Source of the DNA: Candidatus Multivoradales bacterium
GTDB taxonomy: Bacteria; Acidobacteriota; Thermoanaerobaculia; Multivoradales; J023
Reading direction: 5' to 3'
Assembly: GCA_965248925.1 (NCBI GenBank)
Contig: CBDFLE010000006.1
Location: forward strand, 3,968,001-4,032,000
DNA length: 64,000 nucleotides
Shown here: positions 55,788 through 64,000 of the stretch, piece by piece
How positions within the stretch are numbered: position 1 is the stretch's first letter
Layout of the letters: each line of letters begins with the position of its first letter
The notes under the pieces: generated by a model
The model's input: only the letters and a program-made list of their open reading frames with translations
What the model was told of the DNA's origin: nothing
Databases searched by the model: none
Made by a program: the position numbers and the translations under genes

Positions 55788-58700
55788 TCAGCCTTGCGGC
55801 AGCTGAATGGCGACCACTTCTTGCTCTCTGGCTAGTCGGTTGATGGCGGGAAGTTCCTGCTCCCAGATCAGCCGCAGCTTGGTGAGTTCACCGTCGATTG
55901 CCGTGATCAACTGGTCGCGAACCCGCAGCATCGAAGCGGTCGGCGGGTGGTCGCCGAGGTCGGCCAGGCTCATCAGGCCGGCGAGCTTATCGTTCAGGCG
56001 GATGGGAAAGTTCAACGGGTCTTGGGGGCTCTTGTTCTGGGTTTGGTAGAGCGCTTTTTCGATCTCGCCGAGCTGTTTGCTCAGAGTCTCGATTTGGGTC
56101 CGGAGTGTCTTGGATTGCGAGTCGCTGTCTTGGCTGGCCTCATCGCTGGGTTCTGATGGTAGGCGTTCGAGAAGCTTCCCAAGTTGGTCGCGAACTTGCC
56201 GAAGGCGGCGGATCTCTCGGTGGGTCTCGCTGAGTTTGTTGCGTAGGCTGATCAGCAAGGCGTGCTGAGCCCGGTAGTCCTCGGCCGTGGCCGACGCGCG
56301 CGGGTCGGCGCGGACCTCGAAGGTCACTTCGGCGGTATTGCCAGCGGCACTGAGACGAGCGCGGTAGGTACCGGGAGTAGCCTTGGGGCCGGCTAGCTGG
56401 CCGTTCCACAGCACCAGCTTCGGCAAGGTCTCGGCTGAGCCGTAACGCAGATTCCAAGCGAAGCGGTTGAGCCCCGGCTCGATCTCCAACTGGTGTGGGT
56501 CGTCAGCAGGCTCGACTTCGTCCTCTTTGTTTTCTTTACCCTTGTCCTTCTCATCCGGGTCTTGCTTGGGGGCGAAGCTGCGGATCAGCGTGCCGTCTGA
56601 TTCAAGAACCTCCAGCAGCAGATCGTCGGCTTGGGCTAGCTCATCGTTGAGCAGAAAGTAGAACAAGACGCCGTCTGGTGGGTTGAGGCCCGCACCGGCC
56701 ACTTCCCTGCGGCCCCCGGGCAGTCGCCAAGTGGGTCGGGGCTTTAGCAGATGCAGGGGTTTGGCGGCGAGTTCGACGTCTAATTGGTGCAAGGGCGATA
56801 GGTCGTCGAGAATCCAGAAGCCCCGTCCCTGGGTGGCGGCCACCAGATCGCCGCCCTTGACCGCCAGGTCGGTGATCGGCACCACCGGCAATTCGAGCTG
56901 CAAGGTCTGCCAGTGGGCGCCGTCGTCGAACGAAACGTAAATGCCCAGCTCAGTGCCGGCGTAGAGCAGACCGCGGCGGGCCGGATCGGCGCGGATCACG
57001 CGGGTGAAGTGCTGTGGCTCGATACCGTCGGTGATCCGCCTCCAGCTTTTGCCGTAGTCGGTGGTGCGGTAAAGCAGAGGTTCGAAGTCGTCGAGCTTGT
57101 AGCGCGTTGCCGCCAGGTAGAGGCCGCCTGGCTCGAAGGGGTGAGGGTCGAGGGAGTTGATCATCGTCCACTCGCCCAGGCCTTGGGGAGTGACGTTGTT
57201 CCAGGTCTGGCCCCGGTCGCGGGAGATCTGCACCAAGCCGTCGTCCGAGCCGGTCCACAGCACCCCGGGCTCATGCGGCGACTCAACGGCGGCAAAAATG
57301 GTGCCGTAGTACTCGATGCTGGTGTTGTCCTGGGTGATCGGCCCGCCCGAGGAGCCCATCTTGGTCGAGTCATTGCGGGTCAGATCGGGGCTGATGTCCT
57401 GCCAGCTGCGGCCGCCGTCGCCACTGCGGTGGAGCACGTTCGAGGCGGCGTAGAGGATCTCGGGGTCGTGCGGGGAGAAGAAGATGGGGAAGTTCCACTG
57501 GAAGCGATAGGCCAACTCAGCGGCTCCCCAACCCATTGGGTTGTCGGGCCAGACATTGACCGCTTGGCGCTGGCCGGTACGGTGGTCAAATCGGGTCAAG
57601 AAGCCGCCGTAAGAGCCGCCGTAGACGATGTCGGGATCGTCGGGCTTGGCGACGATGTGGCCGCTTTCCCCGCCCGAGGTGGGTTCCCAATCCCGCTTGC
57701 CGATGGCGCTGCCCCAAGCGGAGCGTGACCGGATGCGCAAGGCCGAGTTGTCCTGTTGGCCACCTAGCAGGCGGTAGGGGAAGTCGCTGTCTACCGACAC
57801 GCGGTAGATCTGCGCGGTCGGTTGATTGTCCTGTCGCGACCAGGTGTTGCCGCCGTCAGAGCTGATGGCGGCGCCGCCGTCGTTGGCCTCGATCATCCGC
57901 AGCGGGTCCCGCGGGTCGATCCACAAGTCGTGGTTGTCGCCGTGCGGGGTCGCAACTTGTGCGAAGGTCTTGCCGCCGTCCTTTGAGCGCTGCAGGCGGA
58001 CGTTCAGCACCCACAGAGATTCTTCATCCGCCGGGTCGGCGTAGAGCCGGGTGTAGTACCAGGCACGCTGGCGCAGCTTGCGATCCTGGTTGGTGCGCTC
58101 CCAGGTTTCGCCGCCGTCCTTGGAGCGGAAGACGCCGCCTTCTTTGGCTTCGATCAGGGCGTAGAGATTCTCCGGGTTGCTTGGCGAGACCGTGACGGCG
58201 TTGATGCCGAGGGGGCCGCTGGGTAGGCCGGGATTGTCGGTGAGCTCGTCCCAGCTATCGCCGCCGTCGGTCGACTTCCACATCCCCGAGCCCTCGCCGC
58301 CGCTGGCCAAGCTCCAGGGGGTGCGCTGCACCTGCCAGAAGCTGGCGTAGAGCACTCGTGGATTGGTCGGATCCATGGTCAGCTCGACCGCTCCGGCTCG
58401 ATCGGAGACGTAGAGCACTTTCTCCCAGGTCTCACCGCCGTCTTGCGAGCGAAAAATCCCGCGCATCTCGTTCGGGCCGAACAGATGGCCGAGCACCGCG
58501 GCGTAAACCAGATCCGGATTGCGCGGGTGGATGCGCAGGCGGGGAATGCGCCGCGAGTCGTCGAGCCCGACATGGTGCCAGGTCTTGCCGGCATCCTTGG
58601 ACTTCCACACCCCGAGACCGTGCGACACATTGCCGCGGACGGTCTTCTCGCCACCGCCGACGTAGATCACGTTGGGATCCCACTCGGAGACCGCCACGGC

Positions 58701-58991
58701 GCCGATCGAACCACCGAAGAAGCCGTCCGAAACGTTGTTCCACGTCAGGCCGCTGTCGGTGGTCTTCCACACCCCGCCACCGGCGGCGCCGAAATAGTAG
58801 ACCTCGGGCTGGGCCGCAATCCCGGTCACCGCCGCCGAGCGTCCACCGCGGAAGGGGCCGACGTGACGCCACTCCAGCGCTTGCAGGGCCGCCTCGTCGA
58901 GCCCCGAATCGGCGGCGCCAAGGGCTCTGGTCGGCGGCAGCAGGGCGAGCACAAGGGTCACTGCGGCGGTGAGCAAGACACGTAAGGCCAT
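55788..58991 (-). CDS. Secreted VPS10/BNR (Asp-box) repeat glycosyl-hydrolase-like protein
   Basis: WRHVGPFRGGRS, many S.DGG.TW Asp-boxes, ATQGRGFWILDD, helical C-terminus (ORF open to 59006). Confidence 0.9.
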   Translation of the reverse strand: MALRVLLTAAVTLVLALLPPTRALGAADSGLDEAALQALEWRHVGPFRGGRSAAVTGIAAQPEVYYFGAAGGGVWKTTDSGLTWNNVSDGFFGGSIGAVAVSEWDPNVIYVGGGEKTVRGNVSHGLGVWKSKDAGKTWHHVGLDDSRRIPRLRIHPRNPDLVYAAVLGHLFGPNEMRGIFRSQDGGETWEKVLYVSDRAGAVELTMDPTNPRVLYASFWQVQRTPWSLASGGEGSGMWKSTDGGDSWDELTDNPGLPSGPLGINAVTVSPSNPENLYALIEAKEGGVFRSKDGGETWERTNQDRKLRQRAWYYTRLYADPADEESLWVLNVRLQRSKDGGKTFAQVATPHGDNHDLWIDPRDPLRMIEANDGGAAISSDGGNTWSRQDNQPTAQIYRVSVDSDFPYRLLGGQQDNSALRIRSRSAWGSAIGKRDWEPTSGGESGHIVAKPDDPDIVYGGSYGGFLTRFDHRTGQRQAVNVWPDNPMGWGAAELAYRFQWNFPIFFSPHDPEILYAASNVLHRSGDGGRSWQDISPDLTRNDSTKMGSSGGPITQDNTSIEYYGTIFAAVESPHEPGVLWTGSDDGLVQISRDRGQTWNNVTPQGLGEWTMINSLDPHPFEPGGLYLAATRYKLDDFEPLLYRTTDYGKSWRRITDGIEPQHFTRVIRADPARRGLLYAGTELGIYVSFDDGAHWQTLQLELPVVPITDLAVKGGDLVAATQGRGFWILDDLSPLHQLDVELAAKPLHLLKPRPTWRLPGGRREVAGAGLNPPDGVLFYFLLNDELAQADDLLLEVLESDGTLIRSFAPKQDPDEKDKGKENKEDEVEPADDPHQLEIEPGLNRFAWNLRYGSAETLPKLVLWNGQLAGPKATPGTYRARLSAAGNTAEVTFEVRADPRASATAEDYRAQHALLISLRNKLSETHREIRRLRQVRDQLGKLLERLPSEPSDEASQDSDSQSKTLRTQIETLSKQLGEIEKALYQTQNKSPQDPLNFPIRLNDKLAGLMSLADLGDHPPTASMLRVRDQLITAIDGELTKLRLIWEQELPAINRLAREQEVVAIQLPQG

Positions 58992-59118
58992 GTGGAGGCT
59001 CCTCAAGGGTAGCGGCGGGAGATTTGACCAGGATCGGCAGGCCAGTCTACCCGAGGTAGCGAGCCGGCTCTTGGTTGCCTCGTTTGACTTCCATCAGCGG
59101 GCACCATACTTTTCTGCA

Positions 59119-59736
59119 ATGAACAATCAAGAGGCGAATGCTAGCGATAAGCAGACCACCGATGCCGCGCTGGAGGCGCTGGGCAACACGTTCCTCAGCG
59201 AGTCACTTGGCGAACTACGGCGGTTGGAGGGGCTTGCCCAAACCGCTTTGCGCCAGGTCGATCAAGAGGGCTTCTTCGTCGACGCCGCCAGTGGCAGCTG
59301 TCTGGCGGTGACGGTAAAGCACCTGGCGGGCAGCACCCGCTCGCGCTGGACGGATTTTCTGACCAGCGACGGCGAAAAGGCCGACCGCAACCGAGACGGC
59401 GAATTCGTGATCGGCCGCGAGGACTCCCGTGCCAGCCTGATGGTTGGTTGGCAGGAGGCTTGGGCACGGTGTTTCGGCGCTATCGAAGAGCTTGGCGCGG
59501 GAGATCTGCTGCGCACCACCACCATCCGCCAGGAGCCGCACTCGGTGCTCGGCGCTATCCAGCGGCAGCTTGGGCACGCGGCTTATCACGTTGGCCAGAT
59601 CGTCCAGCTGGCCAAGGCTCAAGTGGGCGAAGGCTGGCAGACGATGAGTATTCCGCGCGGCGGTTCCGAAGCCTTCAATGCCAAGATGCGGGAACGCTTC
59701 GCGGGCGATAAGGCAGATCCTCCAGGCCAACTCTGA
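59119..59736 (+). CDS. DUF1572 / DinB-superfamily protein
   Basis: KHLAGS.RSRWTDFLTSDGEK..RNRDGEF, HAAYHVGQIV, WQTMSIPRG. Confidence 0.88.
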   Translation: MNNQEANASDKQTTDAALEALGNTFLSESLGELRRLEGLAQTALRQVDQEGFFVDAASGSCLAVTVKHLAGSTRSRWTDFLTSDGEKADRNRDGEFVIGREDSRASLMVGWQEAWARCFGAIEELGAGDLLRTTTIRQEPHSVLGAIQRQLGHAAYHVGQIVQLAKAQVGEGWQTMSIPRGGSEAFNAKMRERFAGDKADPPGQL

Positions 59737-59743
59737 CGACGGA

Positions 59744-59772
59744 TTGACTTAGTTTATCTAATAGACTAAGTT
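59744..59772 (+). promoter_or_regulatory. TA promoter with overlapping operator palindrome
   Basis: TTGACT-N17-TAAGTT; inverted repeat ACTTAGTTTAT/ATAGACTAAGT with one mismatch. Confidence 0.65.
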
Positions 59773-59778
59773 GCTAGA

Positions 59779-60003
59779 ATGAAGACGGTCAACATCCACC
59801 AAGCCAAGACCCATCTATCCCGTCTCTTGGAGCGAGTTCGCGCTGGCGAGCAGATCATCATTGCCAAGAACGGTAAGCCCTGCGCGCGTCTTTGCGCGCT
59901 CGAGCAGCCGCCACGGAGACAACCCGGATTGCTGGCGGGGAAGGTTGGTAAGGAGTTCTTTGAGCCTTTACCGAAAGCGGAACTCGCGGCTTGGGAATCG
60001 TGA
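59779..60003 (+). CDS. Phd/YefM-family antitoxin
   Basis: VNIHQAKTHLSRLLERV..GEQIIIAKNGKPCARL. Confidence 0.92.
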   Translation: MKTVNIHQAKTHLSRLLERVRAGEQIIIAKNGKPCARLCALEQPPRRQPGLLAGKVGKEFFEPLPKAELAAWES

Positions 60004-60386
60004 GGTATCTACTCGATACGCACGCTCTGTTGTGGTGGCTATTCGACGATCCCAAGCTGTCGCGAAAGGCTCGCGACGTGATCGGAGATTCCATTAACGA
60101 GATATTTGTTTCCGCGGCCAGCGCCTGGGAGATCAGCACCAAGTATCGCCTTGGCAAGCTGCCGAGTGCGAGCGAGCTGATGCGCGATATGGACTCTTGC
60201 TTTCGCCGTGCCGGTTTCCGTCAGTTGCCGATCAGCGTTGCTCATGCGCAACGTGCCGGCAGCTGGCCGCAGCCCCACCGCGATCCATTCGACCGCATGC
60301 TGGCAGCACAAAGTGCCCTCGAATCCAGCCCGCTAGTGACCTGCGACGACCCACTCAGCCTGTTTGGCATCCAGACCCTCTGGTAG
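60000..60386 (+). CDS. vapC: PIN-domain toxin
   Basis: LLDTHALLW, SAWEI, HRDPFDRML, LVTCD; GTGA overlap with the antitoxin. Confidence 0.92.
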   Translation: MRYLLDTHALLWWLFDDPKLSRKARDVIGDSINEIFVSAASAWEISTKYRLGKLPSASELMRDMDSCFRRAGFRQLPISVAHAQRAGSWPQPHRDPFDRMLAAQSALESSPLVTCDDPLSLFGIQTLW

Positions 60387-60528
60387 TCCCGACAACGCGT
60401 CGCTCTCGTCACCGGCCGGTGGCGAATCGGCGGTCTGAGTCGGGCAGGTAGAGCAGCACTCAGGCTGCCGGCTGCTAGAGTGGGCTTTCCGCTCCCAGCC
60501 CAACCTAGACCATCGCAGGAGAACGATC

Positions 60529-61389
60529 ATGAGACAGCTTGATTCGCGGCAATGTCAGGGCTCTTCCCGTTCGTCGACCCGGCTTGCCGGCAGGGTTTGT
60601 CTACTCGCTGCCCTCTTGCTCAGCTGGGCTTGTGGTGGGGGTGAGGCCCAGCGGGCCAACGACGACGCTCAGCAGAGCAGCCCCCCGGCCGAGACGGCAC
60701 CCGCGGCGACTACAGCGGAGCCAATGACGGCGCCGCTCTTGCTGGGCTCAAGTTTGATCGGCGGCACGGTCAGCTTTGCTGGCAAGGCGCCGCGTCTGCG
60801 GCCCTTGGCGATGGAGGCTGATCCGGGCTGCGCCGCCAAGCACAGCGAGCCGGTGATGCCGGAGTTCCTGGTGTTGGGCGAGGGCCAGAGCCTGGCCAAT
60901 GTCTTCGTTCAGGTCACCAATCCGCCCGCGGGAACGTTTGCATCGCCGGCAGCGGCAGCGGTGATCAATCAAGTTGGCTGTCGCTACGAGCCGCATGTGC
61001 TCGGGGTGATCGCTGGACAGAAACTGATCTTTCGCAATTCCGACGGTTTGCTGCACAACGTTCATGGCCAGCCCGCGGTCAATCGCGAATTCAACATCGG
61101 CATGCCACCGACAGTGACCGAGTCCGAGAAAGTGCTCAGCCGCCCGGAGCCGCTGTTTCCGGTCAAGTGCGACGTCCATCCCTGGATGCGTTCCTACGTG
61201 GCAGTGGTGAGCCATCCATTCTTCGCGGTCAGCGGCGCGGATGGCTCTTTCACCATCGACGGGCTGCCCGCGGGTACCTGGGAGATCGAGGCTTGGCATG
61301 AGCGCTTGGGGACGCAGAGCGCCAGCGTCACCCTCGGCGAAGGAGAAGCCGGCACCTCTGACTTTTCTTTCTCTGCCCCTCAGGGTTGA
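60529..61389 (+). CDS. Lipoprotein with cupredoxin-like and carboxypeptidase-regulatory-like domains
   Basis: Lipobox SWA-C; NQVGCRYEPHV, NSDGLLHNVH, KCDVHPWM, AWHERLG. Confidence 0.8.
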   Translation: MRQLDSRQCQGSSRSSTRLAGRVCLLAALLLSWACGGGEAQRANDDAQQSSPPAETAPAATTAEPMTAPLLLGSSLIGGTVSFAGKAPRLRPLAMEADPGCAAKHSEPVMPEFLVLGEGQSLANVFVQVTNPPAGTFASPAAAAVINQVGCRYEPHVLGVIAGQKLIFRNSDGLLHNVHGQPAVNREFNIGMPPTVTESEKVLSRPEPLFPVKCDVHPWMRSYVAVVSHPFFAVSGADGSFTIDGLPAGTWEIEAWHERLGTQSASVTLGEGEAGTSDFSFSAPQG

Positions 61390-61409
61390 GGTTCTGGGGG
61401 AGTGAATCG

Positions 61410-62957
61410 ATGAAGCACCGGCTTGGGTTTTCGCTGATTCTTGTATTCTCCGGCTTGTTGCTCGCCGCTCCACTGGCTGCTGCTGATCTGCCGCCGAGTT
61501 CGGCGGTGCTGGCAAGGTATGTGGTGCTCGGCTCCGACCCGTCCGGGGCGACTCTGGCCTGGGCTCGGGTGGTCACCGAGCCTGGTTACCTCTGCCCCGA
61601 GCTGGTGGTCGGTAGAGCGGCCGGGGTGGCGATGACCAGTCGTGACAATTCGCACGGATTTCCGGTAGTGGTGTGTGAAGCGGCACAGCCGTTTGGGCAG
61701 AGTGCTGAGCTGAGTCTTGGCGATGGCACCCTCCCCCTGCCAGCTGCCAGGTTGGACCCGCAACATCTGGTGGTGTTCGGCGATACGGGTTGCAAGTCGA
61801 GTGTTTGCAAGCCTGGGGCCGCGGCGCAGCCGTTTGGCTCGCTGGCCGATTCGGCGGCCGCCACTGCTCCCGAAGTGGTGCTGCACATGGGTGATTACAA
61901 CTATCGGGGTACCGGCAGCAAGATCTACTTCACTCAGCCGAGTACCACAGGTGCTTTCGAGCAGGTGCAAGAGTGGAGCTACGATGCTGGCGACGGAACT
62001 ACCGCGGACGAGGCCTGCGAACAAGCCGCGGGGGCGGGTTTCTACAGCCAGAACGCGGCTAACGCCAACCAGCCAGACACCTGGGCGAGTTGGCGCGATG
62101 ATTTCTTTCTGCCCGCGAGTTCGCTGCTCGAAGCCGCCCCATGGGTGGTGGCGCGGGGCAATCATGAGTTGTGCAGTCGGGCTGGACCGGGTTGGTTCTA
62201 CTTTCTCGATCCAAGTTCCAATCTGGCCGGCGGTGGCGGCCAGCAATCCTGTCCCGAGCCCAATCCAACCAAGTCGCCGATCGCTAATGTCGTACTTTCC
62301 ACGCCCTACGCCGTGGATCTGGGCACCGTGCGTTTGATCGTGCTCGACTCAGCCAACGCCTGTGATGCCTTCACTGAGCCCACATTCACCGCTGCTTACT
62401 CAAAGCAGCTAGCCGCCATCGGCCAGCTGGCTGGCGGCAATACCTGGTTGATGTCGCACCGGCCACTCTGGGGAGTGACCGGTTACGAGACCGACAAGAG
62501 CACCGGCTGCACCTCGGCGGACGCTCTTGGCTGTGTCAGCCAAACCTTGCAGGCAGCGCTCAAGAACGGACTCGGCGGTGTTTTCCCGGCGGCGGTCAAG
62601 CTGCTGCTGGCGGGCCACATGCACCGCTTTCAGTCATTAACATTCAGTGACGGCCGGCCGCCTCTGGTGGTCGTCGGCACTAGCGGTGTGTCTCTCGACA
62701 CCTACCCGCCGGTGGGCTCGTTCTCTACTTCTGTCGAAGGCTCCAGCGCGGCGGTGCTGACCACCGCCGCTCAGCTGTCGACTCCTGCCGGCGTCAAATC
62801 GGCCTTTGGCTACCTCAATGTGACCTTGGGTCCGAACGGTAGCTGGTTAGGGTTCCTCGAATATCCGGCTGAAAAGCTCGCCTGGGCAAGCTGCGGCAGC
62901 GCCCTGGCTGCCGCGGGCGGGGTTTGTCAGCTTGCCGCGGGGATCAGGCCCGAGTAG
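61410..62957 (+). CDS. Secreted calcineurin-like metallophosphoesterase
   Basis: Signal peptide; GDTGC, HMGDYNY, RGNHE, SHRP, GHMH. Confidence 0.88.
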   Translation: MKHRLGFSLILVFSGLLLAAPLAAADLPPSSAVLARYVVLGSDPSGATLAWARVVTEPGYLCPELVVGRAAGVAMTSRDNSHGFPVVVCEAAQPFGQSAELSLGDGTLPLPAARLDPQHLVVFGDTGCKSSVCKPGAAAQPFGSLADSAAATAPEVVLHMGDYNYRGTGSKIYFTQPSTTGAFEQVQEWSYDAGDGTTADEACEQAAGAGFYSQNAANANQPDTWASWRDDFFLPASSLLEAAPWVVARGNHELCSRAGPGWFYFLDPSSNLAGGGGQQSCPEPNPTKSPIANVVLSTPYAVDLGTVRLIVLDSANACDAFTEPTFTAAYSKQLAAIGQLAGGNTWLMSHRPLWGVTGYETDKSTGCTSADALGCVSQTLQAALKNGLGGVFPAAVKLLLAGHMHRFQSLTFSDGRPPLVVVGTSGVSLDTYPPVGSFSTSVEGSSAAVLTTAAQLSTPAGVKSAFGYLNVTLGPNGSWLGFLEYPAEKLAWASCGSALAAAGGVCQLAAGIRPE

Positions 62958-62961
62958 CGGC

Positions 62962-64000
62962 CTACTGACGCATCATCGGCGAAGCCGGCCCGACCAGCAG
63001 GCAAGCACCCGTCGGGCCGAGGGTCTTGAGCACTTTGGCGGGCAGTTCGCGGCTGATCTGTACTCGGGTGCCCAGCGCCACGGTGACCAGCTCTTGATCG
63101 GTCTGGACTTCGATCGACACCGGGCCGGAAGTGCCGTTGCTGCCACTGGCGTCGAGCAGTACATTGCGCAACTCTCGCAGGCGGTCGCGCAGCAGGTCTC
63201 CATCACCGTGGCCGCCCTTGGCATCGACCCGGATGCGTAGGCCGCGGGCCAGGTCTTCGGCGCGGCCGATCGGTACGACTCGGCTGACTTGTAGGCTGGG
63301 CTGGTCGTCGCGGAATTGCAGTTTGCCGATCAGGAAGACCACTTTGTCGGCTTCGAGCAGGTTGCCGTAGCGTTCGAAGGACTCGGAGAAGACCACCGCG
63401 TCGAGGGGGCCGTGGGGGTCTTCGAAACCCAAGATGGCGAAGCTCTTGCCCGCCGACCTGCCGCGCTGCATGGTGCGGCGGCGAACTTCGGTGAGCAGTC
63501 CGCCGATAGTGATCTCGGTGTCCGATGGCAGCTTCTTGAGATCGATCGAGCGCGCGTTGGAGAAACGTACCAAGGTGGCGGTGTGCTCTTCGAGAGGATG
63601 GCTGGAGAGGTAGAAGCCGAGCACCGATTTTTCTTCTTGGAGTTGTTCGGCCATGGCCCAGGGGGTGACCTGGGGCAAGCTCTCGGGAAGCTTCTCAACA
63701 GCGCTGTTGGCGGGCTCGTCGGCGGCTAACATGCCGAAGAGGTTGGCCTGGCCTGAGTCGCGGTCGGCGGCGGCTCGCTGGCCGCGTTGGATGGCGCCAT
63801 CGACCGCCTCGATCAGCGCCGCTCGTGATTCGGCGCCGTGCAGGCGATCGAAGGCGCCGCATTTGATCAAGGCCTCGAGGGTCGAGCGGTTGACCGCTCC
63901 CAGCTGCACCCGTTCGCAGAAATCGTAGAGGCTCTTGAAGTGCCCATCTTCCTGGCGCCGCGAGTCGATGATGGCTTGCACCGCTTTCTCACCGACCCCT
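62962..64000 (-). CDS. dnaE: DNA polymerase III alpha subunit, 3' part
   Basis: FKSLYDFCERV, LEALIKCGAFD, EKSVLGFYLSSHPL, OB-fold; frame runs off the window end. Confidence 0.95.
   Translation of the reverse strand, partial: GVGEKAVQAIIDSRRQEDGHFKSLYDFCERVQLGAVNRSTLEALIKCGAFDRLHGAESRAALIEAVDGAIQRGQRAAADRDSGQANLFGMLAADEPANSAVEKLPESLPQVTPWAMAEQLQEEKSVLGFYLSSHPLEEHTATLVRFSNARSIDLKKLPSDTEITIGGLLTEVRRRTMQRGRSAGKSFAILGFEDPHGPLDAVVFSESFERYGNLLEADKVVFLIGKLQFRDDQPSLQVSRVVPIGRAEDLARGLRIRVDAKGGHGDGDLLRDRLRELRNVLLDASGSNGTSGPVSIEVQTDQELVTVALGTRVQISRELPAKVLKTLGPTGACLLVGPASPMMRQ

Noticed and set aside
1-64000. Numerous long antisense or alternate-frame ORFs (e.g. 11052-11891, 37357-38328, 56913-57728, 61380-62246)
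   Set aside because: Expected shadow ORFs of high-GC coding sequence, overlapping well-supported genes.

Overview
High-GC (roughly 65%) bacterial chromosomal window. The gene repertoire (C-terminal 'FADGFE' secreted proteins, signal-peptide RHS, VPS10-type propeller, many ECF/kinase/bEBP genes) suggests an Acidobacteriota/Thermoanaerobaculia-like organism; that assignment is inference. It holds housekeeping genes (PBP1B, ggt, selD fusion, ABC1 kinase, 3' part of dnaE), a dense signalling block (12.1-31.4 kb), several internally deleted pseudogenes, and an accessory region (43-55.5 kb) with an IS3-family element, a group II intron remnant and an RHS toxin/immunity pair. The most striking unexplained structure is at 29.17-29.74 kb: two tandem, apparently non-coding transcription units. 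Each has a TGACACC-N4-TGACACC upstream box, a correctly spaced sigma54 -24/-12 promoter, two stem-loops with a shared CGCACTT motif, and an intrinsic terminator. They lie tail-to-tail with a sigma54 enhancer-binding protein gene, which makes them a candidate new sigma54-dependent sRNA system. All family calls come from motif recognition by eye; no database searches were run.
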